Shown here: positions 9,103 to 18,819 of the stretch, one piece after another
Numbering within the stretch: the first letter of the stretch is position 1
Layout of the letters: each line of letters begins with the position of its first letter
The notes under the pieces: generated by a model
What the model saw: only the letters and a program-made list of their open reading frames with translations
Databases searched by the model: none
Told to the model about the DNA's origin: nothing
Origin: Candidatus Latescibacterota bacterium
GTDB taxonomy: Bacteria > Latescibacterota > UBA2968 > UBA8231
Direction: 5' to 3'
Length of the DNA: 64,000 nt
NCBI GenBank assembly: GCA_965221775.1
Contig: CBDCSU010000006.1
Location: forward strand, 2,531,206-2,595,205
Position numbers and translations under genes: made by a program

Positions 9103-10656
9103 TCAGAAAGGCGTCCAGTTGGGGTGCATGTCATCGTTCGGATCGTCGGTCACCCGCTCCACGTCACCGCCTCCCGCCGGGACGATGTAGATGTCGTAGC
9201 GGGTCTCCTCCTGTGTCTGCCGCGCGAAGGCGATGCGGTTGCCGTCGGGGGACCATGTGGGGGTCCGGTCCCACACCTCGCCGGAGGTCAGCTGGCGGGT
9301 GCCGGTGCCGTCGGCCTCCATGGTCCAGATGTGGTTGGAGTCGCTGGTCGTGTCCCGGACGGTATAGGCGATCCGGGCGCCGTCGGGGGACCACGACGAC
9401 TCCCCGCCCTCGGGGGAGAGCAGGCGCATCACTCCGCTGGCCACGTCCACGGTGAAGATCCCCACCACGTCTGCCTGAGAGGCGACGCAGGAGATGACCG
9501 AGCCGTCGGGGGACCAAGCCGGCCAGAAGGCCCACGAGGCCTGGGGCTCCTCCGTGAGTTGCTCCACCGCGCCGCCGTCCGCGTCCATGACGAAGAGGTG
9601 GCCCAGTCGGCCGCCGCCGCCGCGGTTCGAGACGAAGGCGATGCGCTGTCCGTCGGGCGACCAGGCGGCAGAGTGGTCGTTGGCCGGGTGCCGCGTCAGG
9701 TTCACCGGATCCCCGCCGCCGGCGTCGAGGACGTAGATCTCGAGACCAAGATCTCTCTCCCGGCGCGAGGTGAAGGCCACCCTCGTCCCGTCGGGCGACC
9801 GGGCCGGTTCCTCGCTGCTGCGCGGGTGGTAGTCGACGAGGGTGTCGGGCACCGCGCCATCGGAGTAAGGCAGGACGGCCAAGGCGGCGGACAGGTTGAC
9901 CACCTCGCCGGTCTCCAGGTCCAGGGTGTGCACCTCGAGGCCGGACAGGTAGGAGTCCTCCCGGCGCCGGTTGGAGGCGAACACGAGCTGCTGGCCCCCG
10001 AGGGGAGAGCCGAATCCCTCGGGCGGCTCCTCCGGCGGGACCACCTCGACGCTGTCCTCCGGCTCGGGCTCCGGTGAGGTGAACTCCACGGTGACGCCGC
10101 GCTCCCGCAGGGCGGCGAGCCGGGCCTGGGCCGCCTCGCTCAGCGGGTTGCCGGTCAGGTCCACGCTCTGCAGGCTGTCGAGACCCGCGAAGGCGGGCAC
10201 CTCCGTCACCGCATTGTCGGCCAGCAGCAGCACCTGCAGACTCTTCAGCGACGCCAGGGGCGAGACATCCTCGACCCGGTTGGCCCCCAGATCGAGGTAG
10301 CGCAGCCGCGGGAGCCCCTCCAGCGGAGTGAGGTCCCGGATCTCGTTGCCGTACAGGTCCAGGACCTCCAGTCGCGTCAGCTGCTCGATGCCGCCCAGGT
10401 CGGCGATCCCCCGTTCCTTGGCCGTCAGCGAGACCAGCGCCGCCGCGTCGCCCGTCTCGGCCGCCGCTTCCTCCACGGCGGACTGCAGAGATGAGTCGGC
10501 GAAGGCGAGGGTTACGCCCCCCGTGGAGCCGTCCGGATCGGGCCCGGGGCCGATGGGACGGTCCGGCTCGGAGGAACAGCCGGCCAGCGCCAGGGTGAAC
10601 AGGATCACCCGGCTGGAGATCGCCGCCGCCGCTCTCTGTGTCGTCCGGAAACCCAT
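9103..10656 (-). CDS. Lipoprotein with internalin-like LRRs and TolB-like PD40 beta-propeller
   Basis: Lipobox LALAGC, LxxLxLxxNxI repeats and several WSPDG repeats. Confidence 0.85.
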   Translation of the reverse strand: MGFRTTQRAAAAISSRVILFTLALAGCSSEPDRPIGPGPDPDGSTGGVTLAFADSSLQSAVEEAAAETGDAAALVSLTAKERGIADLGGIEQLTRLEVLDLYGNEIRDLTPLEGLPRLRYLDLGANRVEDVSPLASLKSLQVLLLADNAVTEVPAFAGLDSLQSVDLTGNPLSEAAQARLAALRERGVTVEFTSPEPEPEDSVEVVPPEEPPEGFGSPLGGQQLVFASNRRREDSYLSGLEVHTLDLETGEVVNLSAALAVLPYSDGAVPDTLVDYHPRSSEEPARSPDGTRVAFTSRRERDLGLEIYVLDAGGGDPVNLTRHPANDHSAAWSPDGQRIAFVSNRGGGGRLGHLFVMDADGGAVEQLTEEPQASWAFWPAWSPDGSVISCVASQADVVGIFTVDVASGVMRLLSPEGGESSWSPDGARIAYTVRDTTSDSNHIWTMEADGTGTRQLTSGEVWDRTPTWSPDGNRIAFARQTQEETRYDIYIVPAGGGDVERVTDDPNDDMHPNWTPF

Positions 10657-10739
10657 GACTCGTCCCTTTCGGCTCATGTCGGAGTTACCGGCCATCATGG
10701 ACGTAGTCAAGCGGAATCACAGATCCCGCACGATGCCGA

Positions 10740-11190
10740 TCAGGTCCGCGGGATCTCTGCATCGGCGACAGGACAAGCCTCCGGCTCCACCTCCGACATC
10801 CGCCAACCGGGCCACCGCTCGAGAAACCAGGTGGCCCATATCGGTTCCACTCCGAACCGCCGGGCCCCTGCCAGCTCCGAGCTGCCGCCGTCGCCGACGA
10901 AGACTGCCTCCGAGGCGGCGCACCCCACCTGCCGCAGCGCCTCCGCATAGATCGCGGGTTCGCGCCTCATGGCTCGGACTTCGAAGGAGAAGACGGGGTC
11001 TTCGATCAAGTTCGCCAGCTCGCACGAATTCCAGGCGCGGACCTCCTCGTGCGTGGTGTTGCTGACGACAGTGACCGAGTATCCCGATTCGCGCAGACCC
11101 AGGCGGGCAACCCCGCCCGCTGCGCGGGCGGTCGGGATTACGGGCGGTTACCACGGTTTCGTGGAGATCGAAGAGAATGGCTGCGTGGGT
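10740..11190 (-). pseudogene. HAD-superfamily hydrolase, disrupted
   Basis: Motif I (AILFDLHETVV) is in one frame. LRESGYSVTVVSN...FSFEV...EPAIY...VFVGDGGSSELAGA is in another frame, and the cap region is missing. Confidence 0.7.
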
Positions 11191-11244
11191 GCGAGGGCAG
11201 CCGAAGGCCGGCGCGTCGCTACACAACCGGTTGCCTACCAACAC

Positions 11245-11441
11245 CTACGCTCGAAGAAAGTCCTCTGCCGTCACGTCCGCTTGCTTCAGAATGGCAGACG
11301 GTGCCCTCCGGCAAGTCTCCAGAGTGATTGGGAATGGTGGTTCGATGTCGAGTAACAGGGTTCCACCAAATCTCGTGGCTGCCGCGAGCATGCCGGTCAA
11401 ATGCAAATCCCAACCGTCTCAGTTTCGGAGAGCCGACCCAT
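11245..11441 (-). pseudogene. hicA: HicA-family toxin, two frameshifts
   Basis: Segments MGRLS / KLRRLGFAFDRHARGSHEIWWNP...IPNHSGDLPEGT / AILKQADVTAEDFLRA* are separated by two frameshifts. Confidence 0.8.
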
Positions 11442-11686
11442 CAGACACCTACGGGAATATCCAACTCAACGACATCCATATTCATCGTGTGCAAGCCATC
11501 CGGCAGAGGGTCGCCATGTTCCCTACAGGATTCAATCAGTTTCCTTGCCACATCTTGAGCGATTTCAACCGTTTCAGCCATTGTTCGCCCTTGGGCCACC
11601 AAGCCGGCGAATTCCTCGGAGGTGGCCAGGTACTGACCGTTTTCTACTCGTCTGATTTGAAGATGAAGCCGATACTCCTCCGACAT
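11441..11686 (-). CDS. hicB: HicB-family antitoxin
   Basis: GQYLATSEEFAGLVAQGRTMAETVEIAQDVARKLIE...GDPLP. Its stop overlaps the hicA start. Confidence 0.85.
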   Translation of the reverse strand: MSEEYRLHLQIRRVENGQYLATSEEFAGLVAQGRTMAETVEIAQDVARKLIESCREHGDPLPDGLHTMNMDVVELDIPVGV

Positions 11687-12068
11687 TTCCTACTCCTTTT
11701 TTTTCGCCATGGTCACTTGGCCGGACGAAGGTATGAGCCGGTATGAACAGCCGCAAGCGGTAGTCGAGGAGGCGTCTGACATGCGAGACCATGTGGGTAG
11801 TGTGAGTGTCAGAATGGTGAGGTCCGGGGGCGGGGCAGGTCGGCGCCTGATCCATTTGGGGACAGCGGTGGTCTCCAATGTGCGGAGGAGGCAATCGGAG
11901 TGTGTAGAAGAGACCCAACAAGGGCTATCTCCCTGGCCGGCAGTGGGTTGAGCCGGAAGATCGACATCGCCCCTGTTCCCTGCCTACCCAGTTGGGCGAT
12001 TCCCCGGGGATTTGACTGATACCACACAAGCTCTTGCCTCTCTATCGGTTATGGCGATTCACGCATCC

Positions 12069-12084
12069 CGGCACGGGTCTTGCA
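12069..12084 (+). promoter_or_regulatory. Sigma54 (-24/-12) promoter
   Basis: CGGCACGGGTCTTGCA has GG-N10-GC spacing and lies ~40 bp before the ABC ATPase. An NtrC-type activator is encoded downstream. Confidence 0.75.
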
Positions 12085-12126
12085 CCGGGACACACAATTC
12101 ACCCGCAGTGGAGTGAGACACAGCCA

Positions 12127-12834
12127 ATGCTGCAGACGATCGACCTGACGAAGCGCTACGAGGACGGGGTGCTGGCCCTCGACCACCTCAACCTGACCGT
12201 GAGCGGGGGGGAGCTGTTCGCCCTGCTCGGTGCGAACGGGGCGGGCAAGACGACGACGATCAACCTGGTCCTGGGGTTCATCGATCCCACGGAGGGGACG
12301 GCGGTGATCGACGGCGTCGACGTGGTCGAGAATCCGCTGGACTCCAAGGAGCGCGTCGCCTTCCTGCCCGAGAACGTGACCCTCTACGGCAACCTCACCG
12401 GGCTGCAGAACCTCCACTTCTTCGCCCGGCTCGCGGGCAAGCGATGCACGCGGGAGGAATACGCCATGGCCCTGCGCCGCGTCGGTCTGCCGGAACGGGC
12501 CTTCGGGAGTCGCGTGCGCACCTACTCCAAGGGGATGCGCCAGCGCCTCGGCATCGCCGCGGTCTTGGTGAAGGACGCCCCCGTGGTGGTCATGGACGAG
12601 CCGACCTCCGGTCTCGACCCGGCCGGCGCCGCCGACTTCTGCGACCTGCTGATGGAGATGCGCGACGCCGGCAAGGCGGTCTTCATCTCCACCCACGACA
12701 TCTTCCGGGCCCGGGAGATCGCCGACCGGGTGGGGATCATGAAGGAGGGTCACCTGGTGATGGTGCGCGACCGGGAGGAGCTGAAGTCGGAGGATCTGGA
12801 GCGCATCTACCTCGACTACATGCGCGCGGCGTGA
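12127..12834 (+). CDS. ABC transporter ATP-binding protein
   Basis: GANGAGKTT, YSKGMRQR, MDEPTSGLD and STHD. Confidence 0.93.
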   Translation: MLQTIDLTKRYEDGVLALDHLNLTVSGGELFALLGANGAGKTTTINLVLGFIDPTEGTAVIDGVDVVENPLDSKERVAFLPENVTLYGNLTGLQNLHFFARLAGKRCTREEYAMALRRVGLPERAFGSRVRTYSKGMRQRLGIAAVLVKDAPVVVMDEPTSGLDPAGAADFCDLLMEMRDAGKAVFISTHDIFRAREIADRVGIMKEGHLVMVRDREELKSEDLERIYLDYMRAA

Positions 12835-12885
12835 GGGGCTGAATCCCGTGATCCGCGCTGACCCTGCCGGGGAAGCAGTCGCCCC

Positions 12886-14472
12886 ATGATCGCCGCCATC
12901 GCCTACAAGGAGTTCCTGGCCAGCCTGCTGACCTACCGCTTCGCCATGGCCTTCGGGGCGTGCGCGGTGCTGATGGGGCTGAGCGCGTACGCCCTCGTCG
13001 ACGAGTACGCCCTGCGGGTCGAGGCCCACGAAGTGCAGGTGGTCCAGGAGCGGGCGGAGCTGGACAACATCAAGGTCTACGCCCAGCTCCTCGATTACCC
13101 ACCCTTCACCCATCGGCCGCCGTCGCCCCTGGCCATCTTCGGAGAGGGTCTCGAGGACCGTCTCGGCAACGTCCTGCACTTCTCCCACGGCTCGGTCCCC
13201 ACCCTGCTGTCCGCGCCCCAGGACAGCAATCCCCTCATGCACGCCTTCCCCGTCTTTGACCTGGCCACCATCTCGGCGCTGCTGCTGAGCCTCGTGGCCC
13301 TGTTCTTCGCCTACGACTCGGTCTCGGGTGAACGCCAAGCCGGCACTCTCTCCCTGCTGTTCAGCAACCCCGTGCCGCGGGCGCACATGCTCCTCGGCAA
13401 GTGGCTCGGCGGCCTGGCCTGCACCGGCCTGCCGGTGGTGGCCGGCTTCGGCGTCGCCCTCCTCGTGGCCCTGAGCGAGCCGGCGGTGCACTTCACCGGC
13501 GACGAGTGGCTGCGCATCGCCCTGATCCTGTTGGCCACCTTGCTGTACGCCTCCGTCTTCTACCTGCTGGGGCTCTGGCTGTCGGTGCGCGTCGACCGGC
13601 CGGCCACCGGCCTGGTGGTGTCCATCTCCATCTGGGCCGTGGTCACGGTGGTGGTGCCCACCGGTTCGGCCTATCTCGTGGGGGAGCTGATGCCGATGGA
13701 GGGGGAGAGGGAGGCGCGGGAGGTACGGGAGAACGTCGAGCACTTCGAGATCGGCTACGGGGTGAGAGAACTGCACGAGTTGCTCAACAAACAGCGCCTT
13801 CCCTATGGGAATGCCAGCTTCGGCGGAGGCCTCCTTCAGAGCAGGGTGATCGGCAGTGGCTTCTACCGCGAGCTCATTGGGAAGGTCCAGGCCTTCTATG
13901 GCGAGTACGAGCCGCAGCGCATCCGCGACGCCGAGAGGATCGGGCGCCTCGATGACCAGGTCCTGGCCGACCGCATCGCCCAGGTCCAGCTCGACCGGAC
14001 GGTCCGCCGCCTCCTGGTAGCTCCCGCCTTTCCCGGGGCCGTCGCCGCCTTGGCCGGCACCGACCTGTCGTCCTACCACGGCTTCATCGAGCACGCCCGC
14101 CGCTGCCGCCAGGACTTGGTCGCCTGGCTCCGCCAGAGCCGGATCTTCTCTTCCACCCGCTACTTCACCCCCGACGACGTGGAGCGGGCCGTCGGCAGGC
14201 AGGAGTTGAGAGCCTTCATGGAGGAGATGAGGTCGCGCACCGACCTGCCGCGAGCGGAGATGCGAGCCAGGCTCAGGGACATCATAGGGGCTACCGCCAG
14301 GCGGGACTGGGATCAGGCGGACCTGAGTGGGCTGCCCGCCTTCCCCCCCTACCGCTCGACCATGTCCGAGGTGGTGCCCCACGCCGCCGTCGATCTGGCC
14401 CTTCTGGCCTTGGCCAACGTCGTGCTGCTGCTGCTCGCCGTGCACGGATTCGTGCGCCGGGAGGTGGTGTGA
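12886..14472 (+). CDS. ABC-2 type permease with large extracytoplasmic loops (A1)
   Basis: MIAAIAYKEFL, RPPSPL and YDSVSGERQAGTL..L.SNPVPR...LLGKW. Confidence 0.85.
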   Translation: MIAAIAYKEFLASLLTYRFAMAFGACAVLMGLSAYALVDEYALRVEAHEVQVVQERAELDNIKVYAQLLDYPPFTHRPPSPLAIFGEGLEDRLGNVLHFSHGSVPTLLSAPQDSNPLMHAFPVFDLATISALLLSLVALFFAYDSVSGERQAGTLSLLFSNPVPRAHMLLGKWLGGLACTGLPVVAGFGVALLVALSEPAVHFTGDEWLRIALILLATLLYASVFYLLGLWLSVRVDRPATGLVVSISIWAVVTVVVPTGSAYLVGELMPMEGEREAREVRENVEHFEIGYGVRELHELLNKQRLPYGNASFGGGLLQSRVIGSGFYRELIGKVQAFYGEYEPQRIRDAERIGRLDDQVLADRIAQVQLDRTVRRLLVAPAFPGAVAALAGTDLSSYHGFIEHARRCRQDLVAWLRQSRIFSSTRYFTPDDVERAVGRQELRAFMEEMRSRTDLPRAEMRARLRDIIGATARRDWDQADLSGLPAFPPYRSTMSEVVPHAAVDLALLALANVVLLLLAVHGFVRREVV

Positions 14473-15791
14473 TGCTGGGCGTCATCCTGTGGCGGGAGCT
14501 GCTCGACCACCTCCAGAGCCTGCGCTTCGCCGTCGGCTTCGTCCTCATCGTCGGCTGTTTCGCCGCGAGCGCCGTCTCCTGGAACGTCCGCCATACCCGG
14601 GACGCAGCAACTCAGCAGAAGGTGGTCGAGGAGGGGGAGACGGGCGTGAGGTTCACGCAGCGCCACGACGGGTCCACCACACTCTTCAGCCCCGAGTTGC
14701 GCCGTCCCCTGAGCTCCCTGGGCTTCATCGCCGGAGGCCACGACCGCGGCATGCCCAACCACGCCATGGTACACCGCCAGGGAATCAGTCTCGAACAAAA
14801 GGGGGACCGCAATCCCCTCCTGCTGCGCCGCGATATCGACTGGGCCTTCATCCTCGGCTTCCTCGGTACCTTGCTGGCCCTGCTTCTGACCCATGACAGC
14901 ATCGCGGGCGAGAAGGAAGGGGGCACGCTACGGCAGACCCTCGCCAATCCGGTTCCCCGCCACCTCCTCCTGCTCGGCAAGTACGCGGCCGCCCTGCTCA
15001 GTGTGTCGATCCCGGTCCTGGTGGGCGCCGCCCTCGCCCTGCTGCTCATGGGGCTGGCCGGCACCATCGAGCTGTCGGCCGGGGTCTGGGGCGCTGCCCT
15101 GGTCAGCCTCGCAGCCGGCGTCCTGTGCCTGTCCGCGGCCGTCTGGCTCGGCCTGTTCATCTCGTGCCGAACGGGCAACGCCGCCCTGGCCCTGATGGCC
15201 GGCCTCGTCGTCTGGTCGGTGCTCGCAGTATTCATCCCCGGCAGCGGCAGCCTGGCAGGCAGGCACTTGGCCCCGGCACCCAGCAACAGCGATCTGGAGC
15301 GCGAACTGGACCGGATCTGGCGGGAGCACAGTGGCGAAGAGGCCGAAGCCATGGTAGCCCGCAACCGCGAGGACCACTGGCAGCGCAACCTTGGTCAGAT
15401 GGATGTCGCCCAGGCGGTCACCCACATCTCGGCCGTTACCGCGTACCGCTACTTTGTCGAGTCGATCTCCTCCACCGGCGTCGCCCACTACCGCGACTAC
15501 CTCGCCCAAGTCGAGACCTACCGACGCCACTTCCAGGACTACTCCGCCGGACTGTCCCTCGACCCCCCTTCGTACGACATCCCCGAATCCCCCGCGGAAG
15601 TCGCCGCCATGGAGGCCGGATTAGCCGCCGCAAGGGCAGCCACGGAGAAGGCCCCCCGTTTCCGTTTCCTGTCTCCCACTCTGGCCGAGCGCTTCGCCGG
15701 CGCCGCGGACAGCGTCGTCGTTCTCCTCGCATACAACCTGTTGTTCTTCCTGGGCGCTTTCTACTCCTTCCGGCGGTATGACGTCCGTTGA
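14469..15791 (+). CDS. ABC-2 type permease (B1)
   Basis: ILWRELLDHL, DRNPLL, HDSIAGEKEGGTLRQTLANPVPR and a terminal FRRYDVR. Confidence 0.85.
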   Translation: MMLGVILWRELLDHLQSLRFAVGFVLIVGCFAASAVSWNVRHTRDAATQQKVVEEGETGVRFTQRHDGSTTLFSPELRRPLSSLGFIAGGHDRGMPNHAMVHRQGISLEQKGDRNPLLLRRDIDWAFILGFLGTLLALLLTHDSIAGEKEGGTLRQTLANPVPRHLLLLGKYAAALLSVSIPVLVGAALALLLMGLAGTIELSAGVWGAALVSLAAGVLCLSAAVWLGLFISCRTGNAALALMAGLVVWSVLAVFIPGSGSLAGRHLAPAPSNSDLERELDRIWREHSGEEAEAMVARNREDHWQRNLGQMDVAQAVTHISAVTAYRYFVESISSTGVAHYRDYLAQVETYRRHFQDYSAGLSLDPPSYDIPESPAEVAAMEAGLAAARAATEKAPRFRFLSPTLAERFAGAADSVVVLLAYNLLFFLGAFYSFRRYDVR

Positions 15792-15837
15792 CCCGCGGGT
15801 CGTCGACGGCTGGCGACGCATGAGAGGCTGAACCCCC

Positions 15838-17394
15838 GTGATACGCGTCATCGCCGCCAAGGAGTTCCTCACAAGCGTCCTCACGTACCGCTTCGCTCTG
15901 GCGATCGCGGCCAGCGTCCTGTTCCTGTCGCTGAGCGCCTTCCTCCTGCGCGCCGACTACGCAAAGCGTCTGGACGACCACCAAGCCGAGTTGGCCGACA
16001 TCGAGTCCGATATGGAGGAGGTGGGCTACTACGCTCAACTCGAGGTAGCTATGTCCCGGCCTCCGTCACCCCTGAGCGTGTTCAGCGAGGGCGTGGAGAG
16101 GCGCATGGGGACTGTCCTCCGGTTCTCCTACGCGAGCGTGCCAACCATGCTGACTTGGAAGAAGGAGACCAATCCCCTGCTGGCGGCGTTTCCGCCATTC
16201 GACCTGGCCACCATCGCCCAGCTTCTCTTCAGTCTCATGGCCCTGATCCTTGCCTTCGATGGCATCACCGGAGAGCGCGAGGGGAATACGCTCAAGTGCG
16301 TAGCCGCCAACCGCGTCGCCCGGTGGCAGATTCTGCTCGGCAAGTGGTTGGGTGGCTCCACCTGCGCTCTGCTTGCTGCGGCGTGTGGCTTCCTGCTGGC
16401 CACACTCATCCTCGTCAACTCCCCCCACGTGTCATTGACTGGAGCCGAGCAGCTCCGCGTGGCCCTCATCTTCGTCGCCATCGCCCTGTACGTGTCCGCC
16501 TTCTACCTCGTCGGCCTGGCCATTTCCGCTCACTGCCGCGGTTCTGGGACGTCTCTCGTGGCCTGCATGGCTGTGTGGGTCGGCTGCACGGTGGTGGGCC
16601 CCACCACCGTGTCGTACCTGGTCGGCGAGTTGTACGCTCTTCCCTCGGCGCGACAGCTCGATGCCCAACGGAACGAGCGTCTCAGAGTATTCAGGAGTGA
16701 GTGGAGCAAGCGGCTCAGCGCACTCGAGGAGGATTTCGAACGCCGGCGTCCCGAAGGTGAGCCCTATGGCTTTGGACTCATGACCTCGTACCAATCTTCA
16801 CCACTGGGTACGGTGATGGTGCTTCACGACCTCTACCTGGAGGCCGTGCCCCTCCTTACGGCCTTCTATGGGGAGTTCGAGCCACGCCGCATCCAGTGCG
16901 GTGAGGACATCGCCGAGATCGAGGATCGTCTGGTGCAGGCCCGGGTGGACCAGGCCCGGATGGCCCGCAGTCTGGGTCGTCTGTTCGTGGCTCCTGCCCT
17001 GGGCAGCGCCGTCTCCGCTCTGGCGGCCAGCGACTTGGCCTCCTTCCAGGGGTTTGTCAGCACTGCTCGGCGGCACCGTCGCGACCTGGCCGACTGGATG
17101 CGGGACCGCGGCATGTTCACCTCTGTGCTGTTCTTCAGTTCCATACCTGAGGAGCAGCTCTTGACGCGCGCGGCCACCAACCGGCGCCAGCAGCAAGCTG
17201 GCCATGGCCGTTCGCCCTTCTCCGAGGATCGCAGCACCGTCGACCGCTCGGATCTTCCACGCTACCCCGACTACCGCGCCGGGGAGGGCGGTTCCCTCCG
17301 AGGAGCAGCTGTCGACCTTGGAGTGCTTCTGGCCGCCAATCCCCTGGCCTTCTTCCTGGGACTCCTCGCCTTTGCGCGTCGAGAGCTAGGCTGA
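15838..17394 (+). CDS. ABC-2 type permease (A2, paralog of A1)
   Basis: IAAKEFLTSVLTYRF, RPPSPL and FDGITGEREGNTLK. Confidence 0.85.
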   Translation: MIRVIAAKEFLTSVLTYRFALAIAASVLFLSLSAFLLRADYAKRLDDHQAELADIESDMEEVGYYAQLEVAMSRPPSPLSVFSEGVERRMGTVLRFSYASVPTMLTWKKETNPLLAAFPPFDLATIAQLLFSLMALILAFDGITGEREGNTLKCVAANRVARWQILLGKWLGGSTCALLAAACGFLLATLILVNSPHVSLTGAEQLRVALIFVAIALYVSAFYLVGLAISAHCRGSGTSLVACMAVWVGCTVVGPTTVSYLVGELYALPSARQLDAQRNERLRVFRSEWSKRLSALEEDFERRRPEGEPYGFGLMTSYQSSPLGTVMVLHDLYLEAVPLLTAFYGEFEPRRIQCGEDIAEIEDRLVQARVDQARMARSLGRLFVAPALGSAVSALAASDLASFQGFVSTARRHRRDLADWMRDRGMFTSVLFFSSIPEEQLLTRAATNRRQQQAGHGRSPFSEDRSTVDRSDLPRYPDYRAGEGGSLRGAAVDLGVLLAANPLAFFLGLLAFARRELG

Positions 17395-17396
17395 CA

Positions 17397-18710
17397 ATGC
17401 TTCGCGTGCTCATCTGGAAAGAGCTGCTCCAGTACCTGCGCAGCCTCCGTTTCTCCCTGAGCTTTGTCTCGATCGTCGGCCTCTTCATCGTGGGGGCGGT
17501 GGCGTGGAACGCCCGCATTGACCGTGAGTGGGAGGATTACCAGCACGCCGTGCGCGAGTCCGAGGATGTGCTGGGTGAGCGCGCACAGCAGAGCCTGCAC
17601 CACCTGTACTTCGCGACCGTTGCCGTGTGGAATCCACCCAGTCCCCTCTCCTTTGCGAGCGCCGGATATGGCCGCGGAATGCCCAATGCCGCTCGCATCT
17701 GGCGGGCAAGCTGGATCGAGGGCTTTGAGCAGCGCGCTGACCGCAATCCCCTGCTCTTCCGTATGGATCTGGACTGGGTCTTCATCGTCGGTACTCTGGG
17801 CACTCTCGTCGTTCTTCTACTCACCTACGATGCGATTGCGGGGGAGAAGGAGCGGGGGTCCCTGCGCCAGATGCTGGCCAACCGGCTGCCCCGCGACCAA
17901 GTAATCCTCGCCAAGTACATCGCCGCAATGGTCGTGGCCTCCGTGCCAGTCTTGGTGGGCTGTCTCATCTCCCTTCTCGTTGTCGGGGCGGGAGGGCACC
18001 TGGGTCTCACCGGCTCTGCGCTTCCGGCCCTCGGGGGCGTCGCTGTGGCGTCTTTCTTGTGCCTGTCCGCCTTTGTCTGGCTGGGCCTCTGGGCTTCAAG
18101 TCGCACCCACAACACTGCCCTGGCCCTTCTCGGCAGCCTGCTGGTGTGGTCCTTGCTTGTGGTCTTCCTTCCACACTCGGGCATTCTCGTCGGCGATCGG
18201 CTCGTTGATGTGCCCCGCGCCAGCGAGGCCCGCCGCAGCTTCTGGCCGTGGCCCCAGAACAGGGGTGCCGAGGGCCTTCGGCAGCTGCGCCAGGCTCAGC
18301 ACCGGTACTGGTCCTTGCTCGTGCGTCAGGTCGAGGCCGCCCGTCTGGCCAGCCTCGCCTCACCGGTCACGGCTCTGCGTGGATGCGCGGAAGTCCTGAC
18401 GTGGACGGGTGTGCCGCGGCATCGCAGCTTTGTCGACCAGGCCCAGAGCTACCTGCTTCAGCTGGAGAGCTTTGTGCGGGAGCAGGACTCACTGGATCCC
18501 GACAGCTCCCACGAGATGACGCCCCATTCCTGGCCCTCGGTATCTACCAAGCCAGTCTCTCCCGAGGCCGTCCCGCGGTACCGCTTCCGCGAGCCGGAAC
18601 CTGCCCACAGGGTCGCCCGCGCGCTTCCCAGCATCCTCGTCCTTCTCCTCGCGAACGGCGTCTGCTTCCTCGGCGCCTACTTCTCCTTCCGGCGGTACGA
18701 CGTCCGCTGA
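17397..18710 (+). CDS. ABC-2 type permease (B2, paralog of B1)
   Basis: LIWKELLQYL, DRNPLL, YDAIAGEKERGSLRQML and a terminal FRRYDVR. Confidence 0.85.
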   Translation: MLRVLIWKELLQYLRSLRFSLSFVSIVGLFIVGAVAWNARIDREWEDYQHAVRESEDVLGERAQQSLHHLYFATVAVWNPPSPLSFASAGYGRGMPNAARIWRASWIEGFEQRADRNPLLFRMDLDWVFIVGTLGTLVVLLLTYDAIAGEKERGSLRQMLANRLPRDQVILAKYIAAMVVASVPVLVGCLISLLVVGAGGHLGLTGSALPALGGVAVASFLCLSAFVWLGLWASSRTHNTALALLGSLLVWSLLVVFLPHSGILVGDRLVDVPRASEARRSFWPWPQNRGAEGLRQLRQAQHRYWSLLVRQVEAARLASLASPVTALRGCAEVLTWTGVPRHRSFVDQAQSYLLQLESFVREQDSLDPDSSHEMTPHSWPSVSTKPVSPEAVPRYRFREPEPAHRVARALPSILVLLLANGVCFLGAYFSFRRYDVR

Positions 18711-18819
18711 CGCCGTGGCCGTGGACCGCCGGACCGGTCCCGGATAGCTTCTGGCACGTGGTCATCCTCCGCATCTCCTGCAGCCAGCCCCGACCCGGCC
18801 GTCCGGCGGCAACGCCTTC

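Noticed and set aside
11690-11878. 62-aa ORF as a RiPP precursor for the ABC exporter
   Set aside because: No leader motif and no modifying enzymes nearby. It lies in a decayed region.
18752-18766. TGGCACG upstream of the kinase as a second sigma54 promoter
   Set aside because: No GC at the -12 position (GG-N10-TC).
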